A DNA stretch of 64,000 nt, taken from the NCBI GenBank assembly GCA_028534125.1, contig CM052816.1:98272001-98336000 (forward strand), written 5' to 3'. Position numbers and translations under genes: made by a program. Numbering within the stretch: position 1 is the first letter of the stretch; every line of letters begins with the position of its first letter. Below are positions 1 to 11,689 of the stretch, one piece after another. The stretch is from Lama glama. Taxonomy: Eukaryota. The notes under the pieces are model-generated. The model was not told the origin of the DNA. It did not search any database and saw only the letters and a program-made list of their open reading frames with translations.

Positions 1-189
1 CTTCTGCCCCCAAGAATTTTTGAGAATTGATGAATTGATGAGCCCTCCTTCATGGAAAACGACCTTCAGCAAGTATGGTTTCTCATCTTCCATCCTCTAA
101 CAGTTCAGTAGAAAGTGTCCTCTGTGATGCTGTTAAATGTGCCTGGCTAGACTAAGAGAGCAAAAGTATTTTAGAAGATGGTTGCAGGT

Positions 190-1180
190 TTTAAAAATTG
201 AGATGTAGTTACTATACAATAAAATACACATATTTTAAGTGTTCAGTTCGATGAACTTTGACAATTGTACACACCTGTGTCACCATACCTAAAACAAGAC
301 ATGCAACATTTCCATCCTCCCAGAAAATTTCATTGCACTCCTTTCTAGTCAATGTCCACTCTCAACTGGCCCCGTAACCACAATCTTATCACCATATTTT
401 AGTTTTAACTGTGTCTGGATGTTAGCATAACTGAAGACATCTTGGGCCCATTCAGTTCCTCCTGTCCTTCCACTGATGCAACCTGGGGATGTACCACGTA
501 GTAAATTTCTTCTCTGTCATCAAAACTTTGTAGTTAATAGATATTGTTTAATAATCTTTAGGACCAGATGGCCTCTATGCTCTGTTAGTCCCCAAACAAT
601 GATGAAGACCTTCTCTGACCTATTCCTGCACCCACAAGAATAGTTACCCATTCCTAAATCTTGATTTAGGAATGCATATCCAGTTTCCAAGCACTTACCT
701 CCATACCCTGGGTTAACTCAACCTGTCCCAGTGGCCTTTTGGAGGTGCCAAGTGCAGCTGCAAATGCCTCCAGATCATTGTCCACTGGAGTCCACCCTGT
801 AAGTTACTGTATAATAAAAAACTGATTCATTGATTACATGGAGATGCCTGCCTCATTTTTCAGTCTCGAGATACCTAGTTTAGTGGGCGTATTTTGTTCC
901 CACTGCCCTCCAACAAACTGTATTAGTATTTCATGCAAATGAATCATGCAGTGTGTTCTCTTTTGTGAGATTGATCACTACTGTTGCATATGTAAGTCGT
1001 GAGCTCTTTTTTATTGCTGCATCCTCATTTTAGGAGGATAGCACAATTGTTTATCTGTTTTTCTGTCAATAGATATATGGATTTTTCTCCAGTTTTTGGT
1101 AGTTATTCACTTTCTTATATGAGTATTTTGTTAACATAGGTTTTCATTTTTCTTGAGTCAGTACATTGGAGTGAAATAAC
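190..1180 (-). mobile_element. Old LINE-1 3' end (L1MC/MD/ME-type), split by a solo LTR at 412-915
   Basis: Antisense L1 3'-end motifs ('ttttaagtgttcagttcgatgaactttgacaattgtacacacc', 'catgcaaatgaatcatgcagtgtgttctcttttgtg'). The sequence is continuous across the LTR insertion. Confidence 0.75.
412..915 (+). mobile_element. Solo ERV LTR (504 bp), family not assigned
   Basis: TGT...ACA termini, perfect 5-bp TSD AACTG (407-411 and 916-920), AATAAA at 813-818. Confidence 0.85.
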
Positions 1181-1184
1181 CAGT

Positions 1185-1687
1185 TACATTTTGCTTATGA
1201 ATCTCCAATTTGGACCACGTTCGATGGGCAGCTCATCTCTGCTCCATGCAGTGTCAGCTGGGCATTGAGACCTGGAGTGCCTTGTCTCTGAAGTTATCAG
1301 AAGGCTCACTCACTAATGTCTCGTGGCTGATGCTGGCTGGTGGCCAGGACCTTAGCTGGGGCTGACATCCAGAACATCTACGTGTGGTCTCTCCTTGAGG
1401 ACTGTTGGCTTCCTTGCAGCATGGTAGCTGGTTCCAAGAGCAAGTGTTCCAGGAGGACAAAGCAGAAGTGCATGACATTTTAATTACCTACTCAGAAGTA
1501 ACACAGTGTCATGTCTACCATATTCTATTGGTTGAAACAGTCACAAAGTTTCACCTAGGTTCAGGGGTGGGGGAGTAGGACTTAGACCCTAATACTCAAT
1601 GGGTATATTGTTAACATCACATTGTAAGAATAATATGTAGAATGTAGTGATTTTGTTGGTCATCTTTGGGAAATACAGTCTGCCACA
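1185..1687 (-). mobile_element. MaLR LTR (MLT1G/H/I-like)
   Basis: 'gggcagctcatctctgctccatgcagtgtcagctggg', 'cagaagtaacacagtgtcat...ccatattctattggt'; ends 'gggaaatacagtctgccaca'. Confidence 0.8.
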
Positions 1688-1905
1688 GAGGCTCAAGAGG
1701 TGCCCTCCTTCTAAAGGGTGATATGTACCCCAAACCTCAAAGATATTTATATACTTTATCCTAGTCCCAGTTGGATATTATTCTAAGGGAATTATAATAA
1801 GAAAATCTCATAGATGTATGTATGAAGCTGCTTATAACAACATTGTTAAACAATGAAGTCAATTAGAAAACATACAAATGTAAATATAGAAATAGCATTA
1901 TTTCA

Positions 1906-2412
1906 TGTTGTGATTTGAAAGTACTCCTGCAGCCTCCCTGATGCGCTTCCTTGCAAGAGATGGGACCCTCCCCTTCCCTTGAGGGTGCCATGGGCCTCAT
2001 GGGTCACTTATATCCAGCATAATAAACAGGAAGTGGTCTGTTTGACCTTGGAAACTGTGTTATGAGAGTCACTGAGGCTTGCTCCTTGCTTTTTCTATTT
2101 TACGCCTGTCACCTGCCTTTGTTATGAGGAGAGCTCCATAGTATAAGACCTCCAGCCAACAGCCATGTGAGGGGGCTATCTTAGAAACAGATCCTCCCGC
2201 CGCAGCCAAGCCTTCAGATGACCATGCCCCACCCGCCACCTGAACTGCATTATGACTGTGGTTCTCCACCTCCCAGGTAGAGGCTGTGAGCCAGAGAAGC
2301 TCAGCTGAGCTGCTCTCCGATTCCTGGAAACCATGAGACAGTCAACGTTTGTTGTTTTAAGTGTTTAAATTTTTAGAATAATTTGTGATACACCAGTAGA
2401 TAACAGACTGCA
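1906..2412 (+). mobile_element. MaLR LTR (MLT1F-like) inside degraded L1ME-like sequence
   Basis: 'cagccaacagccatgtgag...cagatcctcc...caagccttcagatgac' and the 3' end 'tgttgttttaag...taatttgtgatacaccagtagataac'. Confidence 0.8.
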
Positions 2413-2659
2413 GTAAATTTTACAATATTCCCCTCAACAGAATTTCAATAGCCATGGGCTACTGAAAATAATGTTGTATAATACAAATCTATGATATGGA
2501 GATATATTCAATTTACCAGCAACAAAAGCTGACCAATTCAATATATATAGTATAATCTCAATTTCTTTTTAGAATATAGATCTATACGAAGACAGATTGA
2601 AGGAAATGAATGTTTAATACTTGATGGCAAGATTATTACAATGATAAAAATCTATTCTT

Positions 2660-2870
2660 TATGACTTGGTCTGAGGTCAAATCCCACCTACCAGCTGGGA
2701 AATCACATTATGGTTGTATGAATAACTACTAAATCTCTAATCATCATTTATTTATCCCTATATTATAACTAATATAATTTTACCTATTTCATGAGGCTCG
2801 GGGAGAAACAAATAAAGTATACGAAGTATTTAGTTCTGAGATTTTACGAGTGCTTAACAAATATTAGATA
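2660..2870 (+). mobile_element. MIR SINE, highly decayed
   Basis: 'ggtcaaatcccacc...tatgaataactactaaatctctaatcatcattt...gtgcttaacaaatattag' follows the MIR layout. Confidence 0.45.
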
Positions 2871-3694
2871 ATTTAGACGATTATCACAAGGTTTGTTTTC
2901 CTGTAACTCACAAATTTCCTAAAACAAATTTGCATTACCTTTATGACTATTACAAACGCTCTTTAGAAATGTTTTCTATAATACTAATTTGTGTGATTTT
3001 GTGTTGGAGATTCTCTGGTTCTTTGCCTAAGATGGCTGGAGCATCTGAAGCGACAGCAGAAGCTCCAGCGATTAGGGTTGGACGGAGCTTAGCTGTGCTT
3101 TAACCCAAGTACTGGATATGCAAGTGAGAAACTGGGACATCAGTCACAGTTAGAGTGTGAGCAGTGGCAGCCTTGGAGAGAAGTCAGCCTGTGCACAGAA
3201 CAGTCCTGTCTGCTTTCTTTGGATAACAAGACCCAGCAGCTATTCCTGGAAGGTGAAGGCAGCACAGTTGATGAGACCTCTCAGAGCCAATCTCCTGGGC
3301 TGGTGGGCACGTTTTCACACGAGTGAGGCATCCATCCTTCACGTGAGCTGCATCAGCTCTAATGCACTTTGTGCGAATATTCTTGCAGCCTTACATGAGT
3401 CTTTATCCCAACCTTTTATTCTCCCGTGTACCAGAGCACTCATGTCTGTCAGTACTGCTCTATAAAAGGGACATGGCGTTAATCCTTCCTGTTTGTCTTT
3501 TAAACAGAGCTAAGACATCGTGAATGTGTGGGTCACACACACACTCGCCCCCCAATTCTATATAGCCAACTTCTCATCATTATTTTTAAACGTAAAAAAG
3601 CAGACAAAGAGAAAATGAGCCTCATATTAGAGATGTGAAAATATTCTACTCAGGTTTCCCGTGGAAATACAATTTTAGAAACAGAAATAAATGA

Positions 3695-3745
3695 GCATGG
3701 AATATGCGCGTTGTTTATTGTTGTCATTTTTTTCACTCAAAGCAG
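3695..3745 (-). other. Candidate terminal exon with poly(A) signal
   Basis: Minus strand: acceptor 'ctgttttaaatgtgttttgtcacag|C', TGA at 3735-3733, AATAAA at 3719-3714, U-rich element 'TTTATTTCTGTTTCT' at 3691-3677. Motif evidence only. Confidence 0.2.
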
Positions 3746-4559
3746 CTGTGACAAAACACATTTAAAACAGCTTCCCCTGTGCACTCTCGGGTTCCATGTG
3801 AGCTCTTTGGGATGACACTGAATACACGCTTCAGCAATAATGGGAACATGCTAGAATTGCTTCTTGCCCACCAGAGAATAGCACAGTGTTCCAAACAGAG
3901 TCTCCTAGGTGCATACAAATTTAGATTTATTCCTGCTTCATCCTTTTTTTTAATTTTTTAATCCACTGAGTTCAAGATGTCTTGCTGAAATCAAGATACT
4001 CTGTATTGACAGCTCTCTCAAGATACTCAGTTGCAATAAGCCTGTCCAAAAACTAAAGATCTGTTAGGCTAACAATGTAATTTTTCTACATTATCTATTC
4101 TTACCTATTCTTAGCAATATTTCAAAGATTACTTTCTGTGATCTGCGTCATGTTATAAGTCTCTTTCCATGGACCAGACTGCAGCTAAGCACCCCCAGAC
4201 ATCTGCGTGTTACCTTGGCACGCACTCTTCTATTTGCAAATGCCCCTCCAGTGATGTTCGGTTCTGCCTTTCCGATTTGAAGTGAAACATATGAATGTGG
4301 ATTTCACTAAGTGTGGTTTTCTTTCTTTGAGTCAAATCCCCTCTAGTTATTTACACCAACTTTTGGTCACTTTCTAGTGCCTTCAAAAATATTTATGTAT
4401 TTTATGCAAGGTTTATAATTATTATTGCCTGTGATATTGCCTGGAGAGCTGGTCCACTATAAGGAGTTCCTCTAAGAAGAAGATGAATATGATCAGAATT
4501 CTGTGCTTCCCATTTTTAAAAACATTGTTTTATATCTTTTGTCTAGTTCTTATTTCCAG

Positions 4560-6590
4560 GTGTTTATGATGGGTGAGCAGATCCCACAGCAGTTACCTTC
4601 ACATGGGCATAAGCATAATCACTTTAGTAAATTCTTAAAATCTTATTTCTCATCTTTAGATTTTATCCCACTTAGCATCGTTTTTATATAAGGTATAATG
4701 TAGCACTTAAATATATATTTATATGTATGAAATATATGTATTTGGAGGATAACTAGCTTTTTCCACACTCCTCACTAAATGTTCCCGCATTTCTCCACTG
4801 ACTGGCAAAACTGCCTCTGACATATACCAATTCTCTGTAACGATGTGTGTGGTGGGTCTCTGTCATGCTCTATCCGTTTGTTTTTCTATCCTAGTGTTAA
4901 TATTATACTCAGTCTCTTTTATTTTATAAAAACTTGATATCTGTATCTTCCTAGTCATGATCTGTTAAATCTCTTCATTTAGCAAGTACTTATTTTATGA
5001 CTTTTAATAAGGTTTCATATTTTCACCCATAAAGTTATTGCCTACCTCTCGCTAGATTTAATCCTCAATAATATATTTGTTGTTTGGTAAACGGTATTTT
5101 TATAATTAGATTTTCCACCTGTTTGTCGATGGTTATTGGAATATAATCCGTTCTCATACATTGATTTTACATCTAGCAACCTTCTGAATTTTCTTATTAA
5201 CTCCAGGAATTTAGTTCTAGGTTCTCTGGGGTTTTCTGTGCACAGAAACACATTGACTGTTCTATTGTTAATATTTACTTCTTTATTCTTCCTTAATAGT
5301 GTTGTCTTGGACACCAAGGGAAAAAATTGAAAAGAAATAGTGAGAGTAGGCATTCTGCTCTTGTTCCTGACATTAAGGAAAATTCTTTTGTCATTTCACA
5401 GTTTAATATCAGGTTCATTGTAGCTTCTCGCAAATACCTCTTATTATGATAAAGGAAATTTTTGCTCTTTCTAGATTTGGAAAAGCTTAATTTTGAGTAT
5501 TTTTGTAGTTTAACTAGTTGCAATCACTCTATGTCAATCTGATTGGTTTCAACCTACATTCTGAGTGATAGTAGTAGGTTTTATGATGTTTATCATCTTT
5601 GTGTTATTGGTATAAAGCCACTGTGTTCATGATATATTATCTTCTGAGTGTGTCACTGGATTTAGCTTGCCAATGTATTTAATACTGTTGCTTCTGTGGT
5701 CAGCAGTGAGATTGGTCTATATCATTCTTCCTCTATAAAGTCTTATCTCTGCTTTGAACAAACTCGTTACCAGATTTGAGACCAGCTCTTACATTCCTAG
5801 TCCTCAGAACAATTTCTATAGTGTTAGAATTTGTGTCTTTGAATTTTGGTAGAATTTCAGTTAGCGTTAGTATAGTTAGTATAATTCTAAATACGGTTCT
5901 TTTTGTGACAAGCGATATTTTTAGTATCATTCCTTTCTAGATACAGTCTAATTTTTATTATACTTTACTCTTTGAGTTATGGGTTCTACACAAGTTTGTT
6001 TTGAAGTTTCCTAGCATGCACACTTTTTTAAAAAATAAATTTTAATTTGCTTGCACCAGGGACAGAAGAAATAGTCTGTGGAATTTATTGTAATTTGTTT
6101 TATGGTCTAAATAACATAATCAATACTAATAAAGATTCCAATATCAGTCATCATTTTAAGGTGACGTGTTCGGTACATTTTTTTTAAAATCAAGATAGTC
6201 TATAATTACAACATTAAGCTATTCCATATTCTATTTCTATTCTATGTAGTACGTCTCAATTACTGAAAGAGATGGTTTTAATAATCTCCCATAATACTAA
6301 TGATATATTTTTCATTTTCCACTTGTAATTCTGTCAGTTTTTTTTTAATATGTCCTGCAGCTCTGAGATAGGGACATGCACATTCAATTTTATAGGTTTT
6401 TCTTTAGAATTTTCCTGGAGAAGGTTACCTATTGTCATTATCTTAACATTTTTTTTTCTTTGATGATAATTTTTTCTTAAAGTCTACTTTGTCTTAGATT
6501 AACACATCTTTTCTTTGATGAATATTTCCTTTGTTTTGGTTAAAGTGGCTTAACTTTTTCTATTCTTATAATTTCAACGTCCCTGTTTTG
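4560..6590 (-). mobile_element. Ancient LINE-1 ORF2 remnant (RT and EN regions), non-functional
   Basis: ORFs 5042-5353 (ENPREPRTKFLELIRKF) and 5293-5523 (NLILNCEMTKEFSLMSGTRAECLLSLFLFN) resemble L1 ORF2p motifs ENPKESTKKLLELINEF and [30 protein letters not shown]. Many stops and frameshifts. Confidence 0.85.
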
Positions 6591-6595
6591 CCTGA

Positions 6596-7633
6596 TTCAA
6601 ATACCAGCAAAGAACTTGGATAGACATTTCTCCAAAGAAAATACACAAACGTCTAATAAGTACATGAAAAGATGCTCAAAATCACTGATCGTTAGGAAAA
6701 TGCAAACCCAAAGCATAATGAGGTATCACTTCACACACTTAGGACGGCTGCCATCAGGCAAACACACAGCAGCAAGTGCTGGCGAGGCTGTGGACTGGCC
6801 GGAACTCTTGTTCGCTGATGGTAGGAGTGTGAAACGGTGCAGGCGCTGTGGAAAACACTATGCCATTTCTGCAAAAAAAAAAAAATAGAATTGCCATGTG
6901 TTCTAGCAATTCCACTAGAATTGAAAGCAGGGTCTTTAAAATTTATAAATTTATGTTCATAGTAGCACTATTCACAATACTCAAAACATGAGGGAACCCA
7001 AGTGTTCACTGATTGATGAGTGACAAGCAAAATGTGACATATACAGCTGACCCTTGAACAACACAGGTGTGAGCTGCGAGGGTCCACTTACTTGTGAATC
7101 TTTTCCCACTAAATACATACTACGGTACTACACAATCTGTGGTTGTGGACTCCGCAGGTTCGGAACCTCAGATACTGAGGGCTGACTGTAAATTTATACG
7201 GGGATTTTCAGTTGCATGGCTATTGGACAGCCCTAAACCCCATGTTGTTCAAGGGCCAACTGAACATTCACTGGAATATTATTCAGCCTCAAAAGTGAAG
7301 GAAATTCTGACACGTGCCATAACATGAACACTGAGGATGCTATGGTAAGTGAACTAAGCCAGTCAAAAAAGACAAATACAGTAAGATTCCACTTACACAA
7401 AGTTCACAGACAGATAAAACAGAATGATGTTCACAGGGCCTGGGGAGAGGAGGAAAGGGTAGTTACTGTTTAATGAGTATGGAGTTTCTGTTTCACAAGA
7501 TGAAAAGAGTTCTGGAGATGGATGTGGTGATGGTTGCACATTTCAAATCTGTTAGATACCACTGAACTATACACTTAAAAATGGTTAATGTGTTGAATTT
7601 TACATTATATGTATTTTACCACAGTAAAAAAAA
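6596..7633 (+). mobile_element. LINE-1 3' portion (L1MB-like), split by a DNA transposon
   Basis: ORF 6616-6888 (DRHFSKENTQTSNKYMKRCSKSLIVRKMQTQSIMRYHFT) matches the L1 ORF2p C-terminus. 3' UTR 'gatgaaaagagttctggagatggat...cactgaactatacacttaaaaatggttaa' and an A-tail at about 7626. Confidence 0.9.
7044..7262. mobile_element. TcMar-Tigger non-autonomous element (Tigger2/MER8-like)
   Basis: TIRs 'cagctgacccttgaacaacac' and 'catgttgttcaagggccaactg'. TA precedes it at 7042-7043; the right-hand TA has mutated to AA. Confidence 0.9.
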
Positions 7634-7836
7634 TCAGGAGGAAGATGGAACATTTTCCAAATTGATCACAAAATCCCTCAGATGACCACGTCTGCTAGCA
7701 GCATCCTAACGACCGTGGAAAACTCTCTCAAGTTTTGGAAATGGGGTTTGGGTGGGAGCACCATTTCCTGATTCCTAAAGTTAGGCCAAAAGGTTTATCC
7801 TTAAGGCCCTTAACTTATGTCTTTATTTCCTTCCAG

Positions 7837-8121
7837 AGAGTGACAGCAATGGTTTCCCTCTCAAAGGAAGGACAGACGCCTTCTCTAAGGCTAGCTTCTT
7901 GGTCTTCAGTCTGTTCAGTGGGGAAGACATTCTCCTCCCCAGAGTTCAGAGAGATGGTTTGGAGAAGGCCAATCCTTCCTCAGGAACTTCATCTCCCCAG
8001 GCTCCTTAGATAAATAAACATGTGCACTGTGCTCGTCCACACCTGGGATGCATCCCAGTGAAGAGCTCAGTGACAGTACCATGCTGTCCCAGACTGCCGA
8101 TCCTTTATAAGCTATTTTGAG
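7837..8121 (+). other. Candidate non-coding exon (285 nt)
   Basis: Branch point CTTAAC 7809-7814, pyrimidine tract, CAG ending at 7836, consensus donor GAG|GTAAGT at 8121/8122. Stops in all three frames. Confidence 0.25.
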
Positions 8122-8156
8122 GTAAGTACTTGGGTATTTGTTTGAGTAAAGCCCAC

Positions 8157-8337
8157 CTGGATTTGTAGTATCCTTGGGTTTGCTGGACAGAGGACATCTT
8201 CCTCCATTTGGGGTAGACGGCTTTCTTGGCAAATGCAAACTTTAAGGCCCCCTGGGCAGATCCGTTTGTCATGTCTTCCTCCTCATCATCCTCTTCTTCA
8301 TCTGCGCACACTGGATGTGCAGAGGGCTCTACAAGGC
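8157..8337 (-). other. Candidate exon (181 nt), one open frame with an acidic run
   Basis: Acceptor 'tcctcactttcctgtggcaattccctcag', donor CAG|GTGGGC. Frame reads LVEPSAHPVCADEEEDDEEEDMTNGSAQGALKFAFAKKAVYPKWRKMSSVQQTQGYYKS. No homologue recognised. Confidence 0.2.
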
Positions 8338-10529
8338 CTGAGGGAATTGCCACAGGAAAGTGAGGACGTGCGTCTTGGTTGGGGGGACCTGATATCCAGA
8401 AAACCAAATAGGTAAAAAACCAAGTGATGGGAACATGCAAGTCCGTAGGAGAAATGCATCAACCACATGCAATTCACGAAAGACAATAACACAGAAGGAA
8501 GAAAAAGCAAAGAATGAGCTTGGGAGATGCTTAGGGTAATGGGAACAGAGTTTAGAATAATTGCAGTGACCCTACAGGGCGGGCTTGGTCTGTCTTTGAA
8601 CCTCTGAAGAAAGACGTGAGTTTTGAAAACGGGAGGAGCTAGGTCCAGTGGCAAGCCTATTAGGAAACCCGTGGAGGGTGCACATGCTATGCAGATGGAA
8701 GAGAGGCCACCCAGAGTGGAGGATTACACAGCAGGTCTTTTGTTGGAATCAAGTAATTTTAATTGCATTTAACAGAAGATTTGGTTCGGGTAATGGAGGG
8801 TCAGTCAGTAAACCAACTTAGAGCCAAGACTGGGGTTTTATTAAATTTCAGAGGCAGGACTGAGACATTATGAAACCCTGTCTGAAGAAGTCAGGATCAA
8901 AATGAGGCCCGTGGAAGGTAATTCTTTCTGTCTTCTGCCATGTCGACTGAAATGCTGAAATATTAAAAACAGTAAAGTGTTTCAGAAGTCACTGTTGTAG
9001 CTGGCAGGATCTGGGAGTTGGGGAGAAAGCTGCTGACCATGAAAACGGATACAGATGGAAGATGTTTGAAAACAAACAACCAAAACAGACAAGTGGAGCC
9101 AAGTACAGTGGGTTAAGGGAGAGAGAGAGATCACTCAAAGTGCCAAGGGTCCAGGAAGAAAAGAAAGACTTTCCATGGAGACTGGCAAAGACTGTGCAGG
9201 TCTTTGGCTACATGGTACTGAGTGCCAAGCATTGCATTAAGCACTGAGATAAAATATTGTGAAAATCAGCCTGCGTCCTGTAGGTGTTCACCGTGCAGAG
9301 GAATACATGGACAGGTGAGTGTACAGGTACACCAGTTGTCTTCAGAGCTATCACACGGCTGAATGCAAGGTCCCAGGGAGCCTCTAGGACCAGTTCCTGA
9401 CCAGGTCAGGAATGATGGTGGACATAGTGGCTCATTTAGGTGCTGAGAACAGGTTAGACCCCAGTCCACCCTTCTCTGGAGCAGTTGGTGTCTGAAGTCC
9501 TTCCCCTTGCGTGAGGCTCTGAGGCGGGTACCCGGGAAGGGCCATGCTCTGCCTTTATAGTAAATTCCACATCCGTACAAAGGGCTCAAACTGACATTTT
9601 CCTCAGGATGCATTTTGATAAACGAGTACCATTCATTAGAAAGAAAGACCATTGGGCACAAAGTGGTGAGCTCAGCATGTTGAGAACAGGGGCGCGAATT
9701 TGAGCACAAGACAGGACGAAGCCAAGAGCTGGGCTTCCATGACTGGGGGGCTGAGATGCAGGAGGATGTTTGTGCCAGCACGTAGGACGGCATTCTGAAC
9801 TTTGAGGAGTCTCATGCTATCACATGACGCACGTGATCTCACGTCAGCCTGGGGGTGACTGAGAGGGTCTGGACTCCTCATCTTCTCTTTTGCTGAGATT
9901 TCTATTCACAGAGGGAGACGCCCAGGTCCACAGAGTCTGTGATCCCTCCCTGAGGGGCGAGTGTGGCCAGTTCTGGATGCTGCTCCTTGGCCCCGAGCTG
10001 CTGCTTCCCTTGGTGCTGTGGCCTTTGCACCAAAATAAAACAAAAATGAACGTCTGCTCAGAGTTTCACACATGCTCACCTCACTGCCACACCACGGGGC
10101 CCCCTCCTGGTATCTCCTCCCAGCTTTTTCTCTAGTCCTGCGGGCCTGGTTCTGTCCACCAGAATTTATTAGCGTGATTTCCCAGCTGTCTCCTTTCAGA
10201 AAATCAACACTTCATTATTTTTGTTTCTTTTCTAACTCATTATGATTTCACTGCAAAATGGCCCAAATTTCTCTTCCTGTTTTGGTTATAAATCCATGGG
10301 TTCTTTCCATTCAGGTCTTCACCACGTCCACAAGTATTCATTCATTCAGTGACCATTACAGAGATAAATGAAGAGGAAGGAATTATTGGCTAAAAGGTGT
10401 ATACAGACCTACCTGGAAACAAGTGCTACATCTGGAAAGGAGCCACACGGTAAGAAAGAATACACAACCTCACTTAAATGGACATTGCCTGTCGTAGCTC
10501 CGCTGGGTAAAGTGGTCCAGAATATGCAT

Positions 10530-10950
10530 GTGGTTGATTTTAGTTCCCCAGAGCAAAACCTGAGGCAAGGATTTAGGAAGAAGGTTTTTTTTGTTTTGTT
10601 TTGGGTTTTTTGTTTTTTTGTTTTTTTTTGTTTTTGTTTTTGTTTTTTGTTTTTTGTTTTTTTTTGGATGGAACAGGAATCGATGGTGGAGGCTGGGGAA
10701 TTAGAAGAGGGAAGGGAAGACCGTCAGCGGAGTGGTCGTCATCTCTGATGGGTTCGTTGGCTTCCACCAGCCATTTCTGAGAATCTTCCCAAGGAGTGTT
10801 AATCCCTTGTCCGTTGCTCTCTGTGTGGAGAGTGATTGTCCTTCACTTTGGAAGGAGCTCTGGGTTGACGAGCTGCATATTCCAGGAGTCCAGGGCCAGC
10901 TGTAGCAGTCTGGCGAGGTGTGGCCTTGGAGATGGGCTGGTTCTGAGCAC
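10530..10950 (-). mobile_element. ERVL LTR remnant (LTR16-like)
   Basis: 'gttccccagagcaaaacctgaggcaaggatttagg' resembles the LTR16-family antisense start. Boundaries uncertain. Confidence 0.55.
10585..10665. repeat. T-rich (TnG) simple repeat
   Basis: Directly visible 81-bp run of T tracts separated by G. Confidence 0.95.
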
Positions 10951-11689
10951 GCAGCTGTTGTGCACGGGACCTGGGAGGAAGGCACCCTGCTTCTCCCCTG
11001 CTCCTCCACTAGCTGCAGGGGGCTCAGGCAAATCACCCAGACTTCTAGAGCCACAGTTTCTCATGGGAAAAATCACAGCGTTTTTCCACTTCTGAAATTC
11101 AGTGAATGCTTCATTTACTATAAAACTGCCAAATAATTCTCCTCTAAAGACACTCTATAAATTGTACCCCAAAAGTGTATTTCTTCCTGGTTCTCTGAAT
11201 TTCCTCTCTAGATCTCCTGGTTCCATGTGGGCCACACTTTCAGATTGTAGACTTTGTATTGCCACTCTTGGAGAATTAAAACATTAAAAAAAAACAGAAA
11301 AGATTACAAGAAAGTCACTTTGACAGTCAAGCATTACTCCACTTCTCTGTAGAAACGTCTGCACTCCCCAGTTATCCTGTAATCCCCTAGCTGCCCCACC
11401 ACACAGAGGTCCTCTTCCAGATCAGTTTACCCTCTGACACCTGCTTTCCTACAGGCTCAACAAGATGAGTAAATAATCTGGTGTTTTTAGAATCACAATG
11501 TCTTTGTTGCTGGCTTGGTGTAGATCTGCACCTCCATCTTTGGGAAACCAAGCAAGCTATACCTGTTTTATACCACATCCCAAGGCCTGCTCTGCTGGAT
11601 GCAAACACAGCTGTGAAAGGGTATGTTGTACATTGGAGCAAAAATACATCTTCTGCACTGATTAAAAGGGTCTACAGTCTTGAAACGGG

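Noticed and set aside
5042..5523. Reverse-transcriptase-like ORFs as an active or novel RT system
   Set aside because: Frameshifted, stop-ridden L1 ORF2 fossils. The same applies to 44725-46200, where the catalytic motif is decayed.
10368..10767. Phe-rich and Lys-rich ORFs
   Set aside because: Translations of the T/G simple repeat.
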